Positions 1 through 10,117 of a DNA stretch of 64,000 bases are shown here, in pieces; position 1 is the stretch's first letter, and each line of letters opens with the position of its first letter. Made by a program: the position numbers and the translations under genes. This DNA comes from Candidatus Latescibacterota bacterium. Its GTDB lineage: Bacteria; Latescibacterota; UBA2968. The notes beneath the pieces were generated by a model, which saw nothing but the letters and a program-made list of their open reading frames with translations, had not been told where the DNA came from and searched no databases. The stretch covers positions 1,728,001-1,792,000 of the forward strand of contig OZ242010.1 of assembly GCA_965204745.1 (NCBI GenBank), written 5' to 3'.

Positions 1-168
1 ATGGAACGGGAAAACGGCCTCGCCATTACGCACAAGCAGAAGGTGACGGTGGGCGAATTGTCGCACGAGGGATTTGAAATCCTCGAGGGATTGCAAAACG
101 GCGCGCTGGTCGCAACCGCTGGCGTGGGAAGTCTCGCGGATGGGATAACCGTGAAGTTGATGAAATAA
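1..168 (+). CDS. RND efflux periplasmic adaptor, C-terminal part (runs off window)
   Basis: Frame 1 reads ...QKVTVGELSHEGFEILEGLQNGALVATAGVGSLADGITVKLMK*, typical adaptor C-terminus, directly upstream of an AcrB-type permease. Confidence 0.75.
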   Translation: MERENGLAITHKQKVTVGELSHEGFEILEGLQNGALVATAGVGSLADGITVKLMK

Positions 169-181
169 TGGGAAATGCCTC

Positions 182-3100
182 ATGAACATCACTGAGTTTG
201 CAACGAAAAATAACGTGGTCACCTTGTCCTTGTTGTTCGTGCTCTCCGTAGCAGGGCTTTCCGCTTTCGGAGGCCTGCCGCGGGATGATATGCCGCCGTT
301 TCTGGTTCGCGTTGCCAGCGTCGTGACCACCTTTCCGGGCGCTAGCCCAGAGCGCATGGAATTGCTCATTTCCGATAAAATCGAAGAGGTGTGTCAGGAA
401 GTGCCAGAGGTGGATTACGTCCAGAGTGAAAATCGCACGGGCGTCTCGGTCGTCACGATCCACATCAAGAATAGCGCGCGCGATCTCCGGCCCATTTTTG
501 ACAAATTGCGCCGAAAAGTCGATGCGGTCCGCCCCCAGTTGCCCTCGGGCGTGACGAGCTTGAGTTTCAATGACGAGGGGTTGGCAGATGTTTACGGCAT
601 CGTTCTCGGGCTCACGGCAGAGGGTTTTACATACGCCGAATTAAAAGAAGCAGCGGACGCCATCCGCGACGATCTCATCAAATTGCCAAATGCGGCAAAA
701 ATAAAAATCGTGGGTACGCGTGAGGAGCGCGTCTATCTCGATTGCGACAATGCACATCTGGCAAAATTAGGACTTACGCAACAAAACCTAAAAAATATCA
801 TCGCCAGTACCAATGTCGTTTTCTCCGGAGGCGACATCGAAGTCGGCGATGAGCGCATTATTTTGGAACCCACGGGAAATTTTGATCGCCTAGAGGACAT
901 CGAAAAGATCATCGTTTCCTCCGAAGGAGGCGAATTGTTGTTTCTAGGCGACATCGTCAATATTTACCGCGGCTATGTCGAACCGCAAAAATCGAGTGTA
1001 CGCATCGATGGGGTGCCGGGATTGGGCATCGGTGTCAATCTGAAAAAGGGGGGCAATATTATTGAATTGGGACGAGAAATCGATGCGCGTCTCGACTATT
1101 ACCAGACCGTTTTTCCCTGGGGCTTCCAAATCGTCAGGGCGGCTTCGCAGGACGAGGTCGTGGATAAATCCGTGCAAAACTTCCTCGGAAATCTCTATCA
1201 GGCCGTGGGCGTGGTGCTCCTCGTCATGTTGCTCTTTCTCGGCTTGCGAACGGGTTTGATCGTGGCTTCGCTGATCCCGATGGCGATTGCCTTCGCACTT
1301 TTATTGATGTCGCTCTTCGGCTTGGGACTAAACCAGGTGTCATTGGCCTCCTTGATCATCGCCCTCGGTATGCTAGTAGATAACGCCATCGTCGTTGCCG
1401 AATCCATTATGGTCAAAATGGAGAAGGGCGAGAAAGCCATCGATGCGGCCATCGCCTCTGCCAAAGAGTTATTTCTGCCCCTGCTCATATCTTCATTGAC
1501 GACCTCGGCCGCATTTCTCGCTTTCTATTTGGCAAAGTCGTCGATGGGCGAAATTATGGGCGAATTATTCTTGGTGGTCAGCTTCGCGCTCCTGTCTTCC
1601 TGGCTCCTCTCGATGACATTGATACCGCTTTTGTGTCTTTATTTTTTGAAAGTCCAGCCAAGGGCGGAACGCGCAAAGCCGAATGGCTTGCAGGTATTTT
1701 ACGAGAAACTTTTGGCGATCAACCTGCGACATCCCTTCCTGTTTCTGATCGGTGTGGTCGCGGTCTTCGCGGTCGCCTTGTGGTCGTTTCGCTTTGTTTC
1801 CTTTATCTTTTTTCCCGATAGCCAACGCGCCTTGGTGACGGTTACCGTGGATTTGCCCCTAGGCACCACTATCGGCAAAACAGAAGAGGTCGTCACCACT
1901 ATCGAAAACTACGTCGCCGAGGACCTGTTGGTGGGGGAAGGCCGCGCGGAAGGCGTGGTTTCGTTTTCTTCGTACATCGGCGAGGGGGCGCCCAAATACG
2001 ACTTGGGCTACACCGCGCCAGAAGCCCTGCCCAGTTCTGCCCATATCTTGCTGAACACCAGTTCCTCGGCGATCAATCAGCATGTGATCGATTCGGTTGA
2101 CGACTTCATTTTTCAAAACCTGCCAGAGGCAAAGGGCAAGGTGAAGCGATTATCCGGCGGCGGGGGCGGCGACAATGCCATCGAAGTTCGCATTTCCGGA
2201 GATGACCCCGAGATCCTCTACCGCCGAGTGGCGGAAATCAAGGCCAAATTGCACGGGATTGAGGGCACAAAAAATATTCGCGACAGTTGGGGGCCGCGCA
2301 CAAAAAAATTCGTCGTGGCTATCGATCAGCGCAGGGCGCGGCTCGCAGGTGTGACGAGTCAAGACATCGCCGTGTCTTTGCAAACCGGGTTGAATGGGTT
2401 GCAAACCGGGCAATTTCGAGAGGGCGATAAAATTATCCCCATCGTGATGCGAAATGATCAGACGGACGATCAACGCATTCAGTTCTTGGAAAGCATGGCG
2501 GTGTACGCGCAACAAAGCGGCAAGAACGTGCCCCTCAAGCAAGTTGCGGATCTGAAGATCGAATGGCAGGCTGCAAAAATTTTGCGGCGCGATCTGACCC
2601 GGACGATTTCGGTTACGAGTGGCTTAAAATCCGGATATACCGCGGCGGAGATCATGGCGCACCTGACGCCGTGGTTGGCAGAGCAACGAAAAACGTGGCC
2701 TTCCGGCTATGCGTATAAATTGGGAGGGGAAGCGGAAGATAGCGCGAAAAATATCGGCGCGATAGTGGCCCATCTGCCCCTGTCATTTTTTATCATCGTG
2801 CTCTTGCTCATCGGTCAATTTAATTCCATCCGCAAACCCCTGATCATTTTGTTGACGATCCCCTTGGGCTCAATCGGCGTGATCTTTGGGTTGTTGCTCA
2901 CCGGCTCTCCTTTTGGCTTTATGCCATTTTTGGGGGTCATCGCCCTCGCCGGCATCGTGATCAACAATGCCATCGTTTTGATCGACCGCATTCAAATCGA
3001 AATGACCGCGTTTCATCGCGCACTCCAAGAGGCGATAGTGGCGGCGGCCCAACAGCGGTTCCGCCCCATTATGCTCACGACAGCGACCACGACTTTGGGG

Positions 3101-3238
3101 CTTATTCCGCTGTGGATCGGCGGCGGCGTCATCTGGGCGCCGATGGCGATTGCGATTATATTTGGCTTGCTCTTTGCCACGGTTTTAACCTTGTTGGTCG
3201 TCCCCGTGATGTACAAGCTCTTTTTTTACGAACGCTGA
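182..3238 (+). CDS. RND efflux permease, AcrB/AcrD/AcrF family
   Basis: 1018 aa; FPGASPE, ALGMLVDNAIVV, GIVINNAIVLID, RFRPIMLTT motifs; two hydrophobic helix bundles. Confidence 0.95.
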   Translation: MNITEFATKNNVVTLSLLFVLSVAGLSAFGGLPRDDMPPFLVRVASVVTTFPGASPERMELLISDKIEEVCQEVPEVDYVQSENRTGVSVVTIHIKNSARDLRPIFDKLRRKVDAVRPQLPSGVTSLSFNDEGLADVYGIVLGLTAEGFTYAELKEAADAIRDDLIKLPNAAKIKIVGTREERVYLDCDNAHLAKLGLTQQNLKNIIASTNVVFSGGDIEVGDERIILEPTGNFDRLEDIEKIIVSSEGGELLFLGDIVNIYRGYVEPQKSSVRIDGVPGLGIGVNLKKGGNIIELGREIDARLDYYQTVFPWGFQIVRAASQDEVVDKSVQNFLGNLYQAVGVVLLVMLLFLGLRTGLIVASLIPMAIAFALLLMSLFGLGLNQVSLASLIIALGMLVDNAIVVAESIMVKMEKGEKAIDAAIASAKELFLPLLISSLTTSAAFLAFYLAKSSMGEIMGELFLVVSFALLSSWLLSMTLIPLLCLYFLKVQPRAERAKPNGLQVFYEKLLAINLRHPFLFLIGVVAVFAVALWSFRFVSFIFFPDSQRALVTVTVDLPLGTTIGKTEEVVTTIENYVAEDLLVGEGRAEGVVSFSSYIGEGAPKYDLGYTAPEALPSSAHILLNTSSSAINQHVIDSVDDFIFQNLPEAKGKVKRLSGGGGGDNAIEVRISGDDPEILYRRVAEIKAKLHGIEGTKNIRDSWGPRTKKFVVAIDQRRARLAGVTSQDIAVSLQTGLNGLQTGQFREGDKIIPIVMRNDQTDDQRIQFLESMAVYAQQSGKNVPLKQVADLKIEWQAAKILRRDLTRTISVTSGLKSGYTAAEIMAHLTPWLAEQRKTWPSGYAYKLGGEAEDSAKNIGAIVAHLPLSFFIIVLLLIGQFNSIRKPLIILLTIPLGSIGVIFGLLLTGSPFGFMPFLGVIALAGIVINNAIVLIDRIQIEMTAFHRALQEAIVAAAQQRFRPIMLTTATTTLGLIPLWIGGGVIWAPMAIAIIFGLLFATVLTLLVVPVMYKLFFYER

Positions 3239-3258
3239 CCTATATTTGGAAAAAAAAT

Positions 3259-3294
3259 AAAAACGCCCGGTCGTTGTGCGACTGGGCGTTTTTT
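3259..3294. terminator. Bidirectional intrinsic terminator
   Basis: AAAAACGCCCGGTCG-ttgtg-CGACTGGGCGTTTTTT between convergent genes. Confidence 0.85.
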
Positions 3295-3311
3295 GTTGGG
3301 CGGTTGCCTGG

Positions 3312-5447
3312 TCACGCAGGGCGTTCTGCTGGAGGGACAAAAAAGTCGGGGATGGCGACGGGTTCTCCGAGAGACAGGCGAATGAGCGCGTCGTGCATGC
3401 AGAAGGAGGATCCATCGGCGCAGGACGCGACGCGGCGGTATGAACCGTCGGGCATCAGGGCGTGCGATTTGACATTGTCGGCGAAACAGGCGCCGAGGAG
3501 TTCGGATTTGATCCGGGCGATCAGGTCGGGGTCTTCGATGGGGCAGAGGGTTTCCACGCGGCGGCGCAAATTTCGCGGCATCCAATCCGCGCTGCCGATG
3601 TACACGTCCGGATGGCGGTTATTTTCAAAGTAGTAGATGCGGCTGTGTTCCAAAAACCGGCCGATGATGCTGCGTACTCGGATGTTGTCGCTGATGCCGG
3701 GAACGCCCGGCCGCAGGCAGCAGATCCCGCGCACGATGAGGTCGATTTGCACGTCGTTTTGAGAGGCGCGGTACAGGGCGCGAATCACTTTGGGGTCTTG
3801 GAGTGCGTTCATTTTGGCGACGATGCGGGCGGGCCGTCCCTCGCGCGCATGGGCGATTTCGCGGTCGATTTTTTCTAGGATGGCGGGAAGCATGGTGTGG
3901 GGCGCGATGAGAAATTTGCCGACTTGGGGGTGCGCGGATTGCGTGGTGAGCAGGTTGAAGACCTCGGCCACGTCTCGCGCGATGTCTTCGCGCGCGGTGA
4001 ACAGGCCCAAGTCCGTGTAGAGGCGGGCCGTTGTGGGATTGTAATTGCCCGTGCCGATGTGGGCGTAGCGGCGCAGGCCATCGTTGGATTCGCGCCTGAC
4101 CAGCAGCGAGAGTTTGCAGTGGGTTTTGAGGCCGACGACCCCATAGACGACGCAGACCCCCGCATCTTGTAGGCGGCGCGCCCAGCGGATGTTGGATTCC
4201 TCGTCAAACCGCGCTTTGAGTTCGACGACCACGGTGACTTCTTTGCCCGCCTCGGCAGCGCGGATCAACGCATCGATCACGGGCGAGTCTTCGCTGGTGC
4301 GATAGAGCGTTTGTTTGATCGCCAACACATCGGGATCGGTCGCCGCGGAATTGACGAATTGGACGACGGGCGTGAACGCATCGTAGGGATGGTGGAGCAA
4401 CATGTCTTTTTGTTTGATCTGGTTGAAGAGCGTCTCGAGTTCGTCATACGCGTGATCGGGCGGGCGATAGGGTGGATATTTCAAATCGGGCCTAGGGGTC
4501 GCGCTGTAGAGCCCCATCAAGCGGTTGAGATTCACGGGCCCGTTGACCTGATAAATCTGGTTGTTTTTGAGGTTGTAGGTCGATTGCAGGCGTTTGACGA
4601 GCGCGGGGTTGGCATCGGCTTCGATTTCGAGGCGGACCGTGTCGCCTTTGCGCCGGTTTTGAAGTTCGTCTTGAATGGCGAGCAACAAGTCGTCTGCGGC
4701 TTCTTCGTCCAAGTACAGGTCGCTGTTTCGGGTGATGCGAAACGCCGCCGTGTCGAGAATTTGGTAGCCTCGGAACAGTTCGGGAATGTGCGCTTGGACG
4801 ATGTCGGCGAGGAAGACAAAGTCGATGCGCGGGCTGTCTTCTTCGCGAGGCAAGCGGATCAGGCGGGGCAACAAGCGGGGCACTTGCACGACGCCGAGCA
4901 GGGTTTCACCTTCGCGGCTTTTGAGCAAGAGGGCAATGCACAGGGCTTTGTTGATCAAGCGCGGCAGGGGATGGGCGGGGCTGATGGTGAGCGGGGTTAA
5001 GACGGGGTAGAGTTCGGCGTGGCAATAGTCGTCGAGAAAGGCTTTTTCGCGGTTGGAGAGCGTGTCTATGGTGCGGATGTGGACATCGGCGTCGCGCAGG
5101 GCGGGCAGGAGTTCGCCGTTCCAACAGGCGTATTGCTCATCGACCATGCGGTGGGCTTCTTTTGCGATAGTCGCGATTTGTTCTTCGGGCAAAAGGCCAT
5201 CGGGGCCGTAGTCGGAGATGCCGGCTTCGACTTGCTGGAGCAGGCCGGCGACGCGCACTTCGAAGAACTCGTCGAGGTTGTTGGCGACAATGCCGAGAAA
5301 TTTGACCCGTTCCAGCAGGGGATTTTGCGTGGTGCGGGCCTCTTGCAAGACGCGCTGATTAAACCGCAACCACGAAAGTTCGCGATTAAAATAGAGTTTG
5401 GCATCGCCGAGGTTCATCACACACTCCGGGGGAAGGAACGATGGCAT
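3312..5447 (-). CDS. ppk1: Polyphosphate kinase 1 (true start possibly 5417)
   Basis: FNRELSWLRFNQRVL, LLHHPY, AIKQTLYRT, ELKARFDEESNI, KTHCK, GTGNYN, FLEHSR, SADWMPRNL. Confidence 0.97.
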   Translation of the reverse strand: MPSFLPPECVMNLGDAKLYFNRELSWLRFNQRVLQEARTTQNPLLERVKFLGIVANNLDEFFEVRVAGLLQQVEAGISDYGPDGLLPEEQIATIAKEAHRMVDEQYACWNGELLPALRDADVHIRTIDTLSNREKAFLDDYCHAELYPVLTPLTISPAHPLPRLINKALCIALLLKSREGETLLGVVQVPRLLPRLIRLPREEDSPRIDFVFLADIVQAHIPELFRGYQILDTAAFRITRNSDLYLDEEAADDLLLAIQDELQNRRKGDTVRLEIEADANPALVKRLQSTYNLKNNQIYQVNGPVNLNRLMGLYSATPRPDLKYPPYRPPDHAYDELETLFNQIKQKDMLLHHPYDAFTPVVQFVNSAATDPDVLAIKQTLYRTSEDSPVIDALIRAAEAGKEVTVVVELKARFDEESNIRWARRLQDAGVCVVYGVVGLKTHCKLSLLVRRESNDGLRRYAHIGTGNYNPTTARLYTDLGLFTAREDIARDVAEVFNLLTTQSAHPQVGKFLIAPHTMLPAILEKIDREIAHAREGRPARIVAKMNALQDPKVIRALYRASQNDVQIDLIVRGICCLRPGVPGISDNIRVRSIIGRFLEHSRIYYFENNRHPDVYIGSADWMPRNLRRRVETLCPIEDPDLIARIKSELLGACFADNVKSHALMPDGSYRRVASCADGSSFCMHDALIRLSLGEPVAIPDFFVPPAERPA

Positions 5448-5589
5448 TGCACAAAATGTCGCTTATCATGCGATGCAAAGCGAAAAAAAAGAAAAGTTCG
5501 CAGGGCGAAAGGCCGTTTAAGCCCTTATCTCCCCGCTAAAATCGGGGTTTTCAAAATGGCTTTTTTGCATAAATAGCTAAAGCCTGCTG

Positions 5590-5780
5590 TTTGGGGGTTG
5601 CAAAAAGACAGGTTCCTTCGTAGCTTGGGCATCTCTGTCACCGCAACAAATCACCCCTTCTCACCCGGAACCTGTCATGCCCAAGATAGCCTCTTTCAAG
5701 ACCTCCGTCAAGTCCCCTCGTCGTCTTCGGGACGAACTTCGCCACATTTATGCAACAACGCCCCTCGACATTCTCATCTC
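5590..5780 (+). mobile_element. Possible IS left-end remnant
   Basis: TTGCAA(5598)-17 bp-TAGCTT(5621); 10-bp inverted repeat GACAGGTTCC (5607-5616)/GGAACCTGTC (5667-5676) abutting ATG 5677; short ORF only, no family assignable. Confidence 0.3.
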
Positions 5781-5831
5781 CCAACGCATCTAGCAGTGCC
5801 GTCGTGCGATAGCTTGCTTCTTGTATCTCGC

Positions 5832-5860
5832 TTGACTTTAATAAACGAAACTGTTACAAT
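5832..5860 (+). promoter_or_regulatory. Sigma70-type promoter for uppS operon
   Basis: TTGACT-17 bp-TACAAT with extended TGn. Confidence 0.7.
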
Positions 5861-5922
5861 TTCACAACATTTTTTGCGATGGCTTATCGGCCATTTTTTG
5901 TTGCTTTGAGGTTTCAATTTTT

Positions 5923-6753
5923 ATGGATATGGCAGATACACTTCTAAATGACGCACGCAGTTGTACGGCACTTCAGGCCGAGCTAAAAGCGCGGGGGAAT
6001 TTGCCGCAGCACATTGCGATTATTATGGATGGCAATGGGCGATGGGCGCAACAGCGGGATTTGCGCCGCACGGATGGGCACAGGTCCGCCCGCGAAACCG
6101 TGCGCGATATCGTGCGGGCCTGCGGCGAACTCGAAATCGATATCCTGACCCTGTTCACATTTGGCACGGACAACTGGCGGCGGCCCTGGACAGAGGTGTT
6201 GTCCCTGATGCAGTTGTTGCGCGATTGTTCATATCAAGAACTCGACGAGTTGCAGGAAAACGACGTGCGCCTGATCACCACCGGCGATACCGGGCGGCTG
6301 GTCAAGCACTCGCGTGAGGCACTGGAAAAGGCCATTTGCCAAACAGCTAATAACAGCGGGCTGACGCTCAATTTGGTGCTGAGTTACGATGGCAAAAGCG
6401 ATATTCTGCAAGCCGTGCAAAGCATAGCCCGAGATGTGGCGCAGGGGCGGGTTTCCGCAGATGAGATCGATGCCGAGGCGGTTGCCCAACGCCTGTACAC
6501 GGGGTGCTTGCCCGATCCGGATTTGCTGATTCGCACGAGCGGGGAAGTTCGGTTGAGCAATTTCATGCTGTGGCAATGCGCGTACACGGAGTTTTGGTTC
6601 ACCGACGTGCTGTGGCCCGATTTTAAGCGCGAGCATCTGTACGAGGCGATTCGCAGTTATCAAAATCGAGAACGGCGGTTTGGCAAAACCGGGTTGCAGT
6701 TGCGCGCGGAAATGCGGGCAAAAAAGGCCAATGGGGCCGTGGTCAGCGATTAG
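5923..6753 (+). CDS. uppS: Undecaprenyl diphosphate synthase
   Basis: HIAIIMDGNGRWA, PDPDLLIRTSGEVRLSNFMLWQ, RRFG; conserved synteny. Confidence 0.95.
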   Translation: MDMADTLLNDARSCTALQAELKARGNLPQHIAIIMDGNGRWAQQRDLRRTDGHRSARETVRDIVRACGELEIDILTLFTFGTDNWRRPWTEVLSLMQLLRDCSYQELDELQENDVRLITTGDTGRLVKHSREALEKAICQTANNSGLTLNLVLSYDGKSDILQAVQSIARDVAQGRVSADEIDAEAVAQRLYTGCLPDPDLLIRTSGEVRLSNFMLWQCAYTEFWFTDVLWPDFKREHLYEAIRSYQNRERRFGKTGLQLRAEMRAKKANGAVVSD

Positions 6754-6816
6754 CGGGCCGTCCGCCCCGAGATACAAAACCCGTAGGTACCCGTTCTCTT
6801 CGCCCAGGGAGGGGCT

Positions 6817-7614
6817 GTGGCAAAGTCCAATCTGGTTCAGCGCGTGTTGGCGGCAGCGGTTTTTGGGCCGGTTTTGTCGGTGCTGTTCTGGGTGGGGGGC
6901 TATGGGTTGTTCGCGCTGTGGTGCGGGGTGATTTGCATAGGCGTCTGGGAGTTTTACCGACTGTTGTGTGGCAAGGGGTTGAAGCCCCGCATGGTCTTTG
7001 GCATGATTGCAACGCTCGCGTGGTGTGCGTTGGCGTTTTGGGTCGGGTTGGATGCGTTCGCGCTGTTTTTTTTGATCGTATTTTTATCGCTGTTTTGCCT
7101 GGCCCTGTTCGACCCCTCGGATTACCGGTTGCACAATGCGGGGGGCACGCTTTTGGGAGTGTTGTATGTCGGGTTCTTGGGCAGTTTTGTGCTGTTGGTG
7201 CGCGAGGCGTTGCCCGCGCCAGAACGAGGCCCGGGGGCAGTGCTCATTTTGCTTGGGATTTGGGCCAATGATGTGATGGCCTATTTTTTTGGGCGGTGGT
7301 TTGGCCGCTGGCATCCCTTTCCCCGCATCAGCCCGGGCAAGACCGAGGCGGGATTTATCGGCGGGGTGTTGTCCGCACTGCTGGTCGTGGGGGTTGGCGC
7401 GCATCTCTTTGGTTCGTTCAATGCGTCGCAAAGCCTCTGTCTCGGCCTGATCATCGGCATTGGCGCGTCATTGGGCGATCTCGTGGAATCCATGATCAAG
7501 CGCGCAATGGATGTCAAAGACACGTCGGAACTGATCCCCGGGCACGGCGGGGTGCTGGATCGGTTTGACAGTTTGTTTTTCGTTTTTCCACTCGTTTATC
7601 TCTATTTGCTATGA
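6817..7614 (+). CDS. cdsA: Phosphatidate cytidylyltransferase
   Basis: ISPGKT, GDLVESMIKR, KDTSELIPGHGGVLDRFDS. Confidence 0.95.
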   Translation: MAKSNLVQRVLAAAVFGPVLSVLFWVGGYGLFALWCGVICIGVWEFYRLLCGKGLKPRMVFGMIATLAWCALAFWVGLDAFALFFLIVFLSLFCLALFDPSDYRLHNAGGTLLGVLYVGFLGSFVLLVREALPAPERGPGAVLILLGIWANDVMAYFFGRWFGRWHPFPRISPGKTEAGFIGGVLSALLVVGVGAHLFGSFNASQSLCLGLIIGIGASLGDLVESMIKRAMDVKDTSELIPGHGGVLDRFDSLFFVFPLVYLYLL

Positions 7615-8771
7615 AAAAGCGCGTTGCCCTTTTGGGATCCACAGGCTCTATTGGCACAAATACATTGCGCGTTTTGAAGGGCCTGCCCGACCGATTTGAG
7701 CTGGTGAGTTTGTGCGCGGGCCGCAATGCCGAGTTGCTCTGCGAGCAGGCCGAGCGCTGGCGTCCGAAGCGCGTGTGCATCGACCGAGGCGCGAAAGCCG
7801 TGCGGGCGCGGCTTTCGCCATTGGGCATTGAGGTGCTAGAAGGGCGGGCGGGCATGCGGGAACTCTGTGTTGATTCAGATGTGGATTTGGTGATCAATGG
7901 CTTGGCCGCAGGCGTGGGATTGCGCCCGACATTGGCGGCGGTGCGGGCCGGCAAGGATGTGGCGATAGCCAACAAGGAGACGCTGGTGGTCGCCGGGCAT
8001 CTGGTCACGGCTTGGGCGCGACAGACCGGGGCGACCCTGTTGCCCATCGACAGCGAGATCACGCCCCTGTGGCAGTTGCTGCAAGAGACAGATCGAGACG
8101 ATATCAAGCGCATCGTGTTGCCGGCGTCGGGCGGCCCGTTTTTTGACCACACGCGGGAACAGATGGCCGAGGCGTCGCCCGCTTTGGCCCTCGACCATCC
8201 CACATGGCAGATGGGGCCCAAAATTACGATAGACTCGGCCACGCTGATGAACAAGGGGTTCGAGGTGATTGAGGCGCGGTGGTTTTTGGATTTGCCGGTG
8301 TCCAAGATCGATGTGATTATCCACCGGCAGTCTATCGTGCATTGTTTGGTCGAGTACGCAGATGGCGGGGTGATGGCGCACATGAGCACGCCCGATATGC
8401 AGTTGCCCATTCAGCAAGCGTTGGTACATCCCGAACGGTTGCCCACGCAGGTCGAACCCCTGGACCTGACGCGGGTTCGCACGTTGAGTTTTTTCCCGCC
8501 GGATACCGCGCGTTTTCCCTGCCTGCAACTGGCGTATCGGGCCATTGAACAGGGTGGCACTGCGACTGCGGTGCTCAATGCGGCCAATGAGGTCGCGGTG
8601 TACGCTTTTTTGGATGGGCGCATCGGGTTTCTCGATATTCCGCGCGTGATTGCCCGAGCATTGGACGCGCCAGAGGCCCATCGCGATGCCGATACCCTCG
8701 AGGCGGTTTTTGACGCGGACCGCTGGGGGCGAACGCGCGCCGATGAACTGGTTTGTTCACTCGCGTCATAG
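7611..8771 (+). CDS. dxr: 1-deoxy-D-xylulose 5-phosphate reductoisomerase
   Basis: LLGSTGSIG, ANKETLV, ASGGPF, HPTWQMGPKITIDSATLMNKG, LNAANEVAV. Confidence 0.96.
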   Translation: MKKRVALLGSTGSIGTNTLRVLKGLPDRFELVSLCAGRNAELLCEQAERWRPKRVCIDRGAKAVRARLSPLGIEVLEGRAGMRELCVDSDVDLVINGLAAGVGLRPTLAAVRAGKDVAIANKETLVVAGHLVTAWARQTGATLLPIDSEITPLWQLLQETDRDDIKRIVLPASGGPFFDHTREQMAEASPALALDHPTWQMGPKITIDSATLMNKGFEVIEARWFLDLPVSKIDVIIHRQSIVHCLVEYADGGVMAHMSTPDMQLPIQQALVHPERLPTQVEPLDLTRVRTLSFFPPDTARFPCLQLAYRAIEQGGTATAVLNAANEVAVYAFLDGRIGFLDIPRVIARALDAPEAHRDADTLEAVFDADRWGRTRADELVCSLAS

Positions 8772-8785
8772 AAACGAGGTTTATC

Positions 8786-10078
8786 GTGGATCTGCTCTAT
8801 TTCATCTTTGTGTTGGGCGTGCTGGTGTTTTTTCACGAACTCGGGCACTTTTTGGTGGCGAAAAAAGCGGGCATCCGCGTAGAGGTATTTTCTTTGGGAT
8901 TCCCGCCCAAAGCCGCGGGCATGAAGCTAGGCGAGACCGAGTACTGCCTTTCGTGGTTGCCCTTGGGGGGATACGTCAAGCTGGCGGGCATGGACGATTT
9001 TGGCCGCGAAGAGAGCAGGGGCAAGCCCTGGGAATTTCAGTCAAAGCCGCGCTGGATTCAAATGGCGGTGCTCGTCGCCGGGCCGGTGATGAACTTTATT
9101 TTGGGCTTTGTGCTCTTGCTCATCATGCGGATGGCCGCGGGTGAAGACGCTTTTATGGACGATACGCGCGTGGGCGAGGTGAAGCAGAACTCGCCGTTTT
9201 ACGAGGCCGGGATCAGGCCGGGCGACCGCATCGTGAGCGTGGGCGATACGCAGGTGAGGGACTGGGAGGAAATGACGGATGCGTTTCTCCAGCACGCCGG
9301 CCATGTCGTGTCTGTCGAGGTCGAGCGCGTCCCCGAACTGTTGTCGCTCGCCATCGATTTGAGTTCGCCGCCGCTCGACGGGCCGGGCCTCGGGCATTAT
9401 ATCACCACAGAGGTCGGCGGGGTGTTGCCCGGTACGCCCGCTGCGGAACTCGGCTTGCAACCGGGGGATGTGATCTCGTCGGTCAATGGGGTGAAGGTGG
9501 CGATGTGGTGGGAGATGAGACGCGAGATTTCTTCGCAACCGGGGGTGAATCTGCCCTTGACATGGCAACGCGATGGCGAGGAAATGACCGCGTGGGTGAC
9601 GCCCGCTACCCACACGGTCAATGGCGAGCCCGTGGGGCGCATCGGCGTTGAGCAGGCGGTCAAGCGCAATCCCATTCCCTTTTTGAAAGCCGTGAGCCGT
9701 AGCGCGACAGAAACCGTCAATTTGTCGATGCTGATCGTCAAATTCGTCAAGGGCTTGGTCGTCGGGGAACAATCCAGCCGGGATTTGGCCGGCCCGGTAG
9801 GGATTTTTCAACTGGTAGGACTCAGCGCAGAGCGCGGGTTTTCCTTTTTCCTGAGGTTTATGGCGATACTGAGTATTAACTTGGGCATCGTCAACCTGTT
9901 GCCCATTCCCGCGCTCGATGGCGGCCATCTCACCCTGCTCTCCATCGAAGGCATTACCCGCCGGGATTTGTCTGCGCGCAACAAAATGCGGTTGCAACAG
10001 GTCGGCGTTGCGTTTGTGCTCTTTCTGCTTATCTACGTGACCTTCAACGACATCGGGCGCATTTCCGGGTGGTACTAA
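8786..10078 (+). CDS. rseP: RIP metalloprotease RseP
   Basis: HELGH, PLGGYV, two PDZ-like segments, NLLPIPALDGG; GTG start at 8786 after GAGG. Confidence 0.95.
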   Translation: MDLLYFIFVLGVLVFFHELGHFLVAKKAGIRVEVFSLGFPPKAAGMKLGETEYCLSWLPLGGYVKLAGMDDFGREESRGKPWEFQSKPRWIQMAVLVAGPVMNFILGFVLLLIMRMAAGEDAFMDDTRVGEVKQNSPFYEAGIRPGDRIVSVGDTQVRDWEEMTDAFLQHAGHVVSVEVERVPELLSLAIDLSSPPLDGPGLGHYITTEVGGVLPGTPAAELGLQPGDVISSVNGVKVAMWWEMRREISSQPGVNLPLTWQRDGEEMTAWVTPATHTVNGEPVGRIGVEQAVKRNPIPFLKAVSRSATETVNLSMLIVKFVKGLVVGEQSSRDLAGPVGIFQLVGLSAERGFSFFLRFMAILSINLGIVNLLPIPALDGGHLTLLSIEGITRRDLSARNKMRLQQVGVAFVLFLLIYVTFNDIGRISGWY

Positions 10079-10117
10079 ACCCAAAAGAAAGCGGGAAAAT
10101 CATGACGAGGAATACAC

